Shown here one piece after another: positions 16,509 to 17,395 of a stretch of DNA of 17,395 bases. Location: assembly GCA_034530615.2 (NCBI GenBank), contig JAVRCV020000044.1, positions 1 to 17,395 on the forward strand. The letters are read 5' to 3'. The translations under genes and the position numbers were made by a program. The notes beneath the pieces are model-generated. The model did no database searches. It had not been told where the DNA came from and worked only from the letters and a program-made list of their open reading frames with translations. Origin of the DNA: Aulosira sp. ZfuVER01 (GTDB lineage Bacteria; Cyanobacteriota; Cyanobacteriia; Cyanobacteriales; Nostocaceae). Position 1 is the stretch's first letter, and the number at the start of each line of letters is the position of its first letter.

Positions 16509-16741
16509 TCAACTCGTTCATTGTGAATGAGATCTCGTTCTGTATGAATGAGTACTCGTTGATAAAGAACCTCAACTCGTTCGTTGTGAATGAGATCTCG
16601 TTCTGTATGAATGAGTACTCGTTGATAGAGAACCTCAACTCGTTCGTTATGAATGAGATCTCGTTCTGTATGAATGAGTACTCGTTGATAAAGAACCTCA
16701 ACCCGTTCGTTATGAATGAGATCTCGTTCTCTATGGATGAG
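16509..16741. repeat. 63-bp tandem repeat, about 3.7 copies, built from three 21-bp subunits
   Basis: Units start at 16509, 16572, 16635 and 16698. CTCGTT recurs every 21 bp, and there are few differences between full units. Confidence 0.97.
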
Positions 16742-16838
16742 GTAATTTTGGTAAAGAAGGCTGATTTGGCTTAGATGCTGCATCGGCTGGTGGTAGAAAT
16801 TGCAGCGAAGAGATAAAGAGCGAATCTTACAAGGTTAA

Positions 16839-16895
16839 GCGATCGCATTTTCTGGAGTAGTTAACTGCGATCGCATTTTGTCGAGAAGCGATCGC
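16839..16895. repeat. Cluster of three HIP1 octamers
   Basis: GCGATCGC at 16839, 16867 and 16888. Confidence 0.9.
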
Positions 16896-16976
16896 ACTCC
16901 ATACTTTTGAGGCTAGGTGAATTGATGAATAGTACCAATTCTCCAAAATTACACTACTAAACCTGAAAATTACGAA

Positions 16977-17393
16977 TTACTTCCACCATCGTGCTACATC
17001 TACAATGGCACGGGCAACTTCTGCCGTTGCAACTTCACCACCTAATGCAAAGATAACTGGAAACAATGCTTGAATATCAGACAGCAAATTAGGACGAGTG
17101 CGAAGGGATAGCTGATGAAGTGTATCTCGCCAAAGGGGGAAAAGTTTGGCAGATGGCATTTGTGGCAGTTTCTCTGCTAAAGCTCTCAAGGCATCGGCGC
17201 GATAATACTCATTCTGAATCGAGTGGGCAGTGATGAGTGCTTCTGGTAATACCTCAGGCAGTTTCTGAGCTAAGGCACTCAAGGCAGGGGCGCGATAACT
17301 CTCATCCTGAATCGAGCGGGCGGCGGTGAGTGCTTCTGGTAATACCTCAGGCAGTTTCTGAGCTAAGGCACTCAAGGCATCGGCGCGATATCT
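16977..17393 (-). CDS. 3' end (partial) of a 31-aa helical-repeat protein, possibly the C-terminal sensor of an NB-ARC/NACHT-type protein
   Basis: The frame stays open to the window edge. Repeats YRADALSALAQKLPEVLPEALTAARSIQDE have a 93-bp DNA period, followed by a capping region ending VDVARWWK. Confidence 0.8.
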   Translation of the reverse strand, partial: RYRADALSALAQKLPEVLPEALTAARSIQDESYRAPALSALAQKLPEVLPEALITAHSIQNEYYRADALRALAEKLPQMPSAKLFPLWRDTLHQLSLRTRPNLLSDIQALFPVIFALGGEVATAEVARAIVDVARWWK

Positions 17394-17395
17394 CT

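Noticed and set aside
16509..16741. CRISPR array
   Set aside because: Units repeat head-to-tail with no unique spacers, and there are no cas genes in the window.
17373..17375. TTG as the start of the last ORF
   Set aside because: The frame is open to the window edge and lies mid-repeat, so the gene is truncated by the window.

Overview
AT-rich window from a filamentous cyanobacterium, probably Nostocales. This is inferred from about 20 HIP1 GCGATCGC octamers and short tandem repeats of the STRR type. Left to right it contains: a GNAT 3' remnant; a fatty-acid alpha-dioxygenase-like heme peroxidase, divergent from a two-gene unit (atypical cytochrome P450 plus a 143-aa beta-rich protein); a YbhB/YbcL PEBP with a possible Tat-lipoprotein extension; tamB; an operon of two paralogous exported alpha/beta-esterases and a flippase-less MprF-type (DUF2156) aminoacyl-lipid synthase; a repeat/MITE-rich region holding a yifB/comM 3' remnant apparently deleted at a HIP1 site; a 131-aa conserved hypothetical gene bracketed by MITE-like copies and preceded by a 63-bp (3x21) palindrome-rich tandem array; and the 3' end of a 31-aa helical-repeat protein. 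The best candidates for undescribed systems are the dioxygenase/P450/barrel cluster, the esterase-esterase-DUF2156 operon, and the palindromic array with its 131-aa gene. All calls come from motif recognition only; no searches were run.
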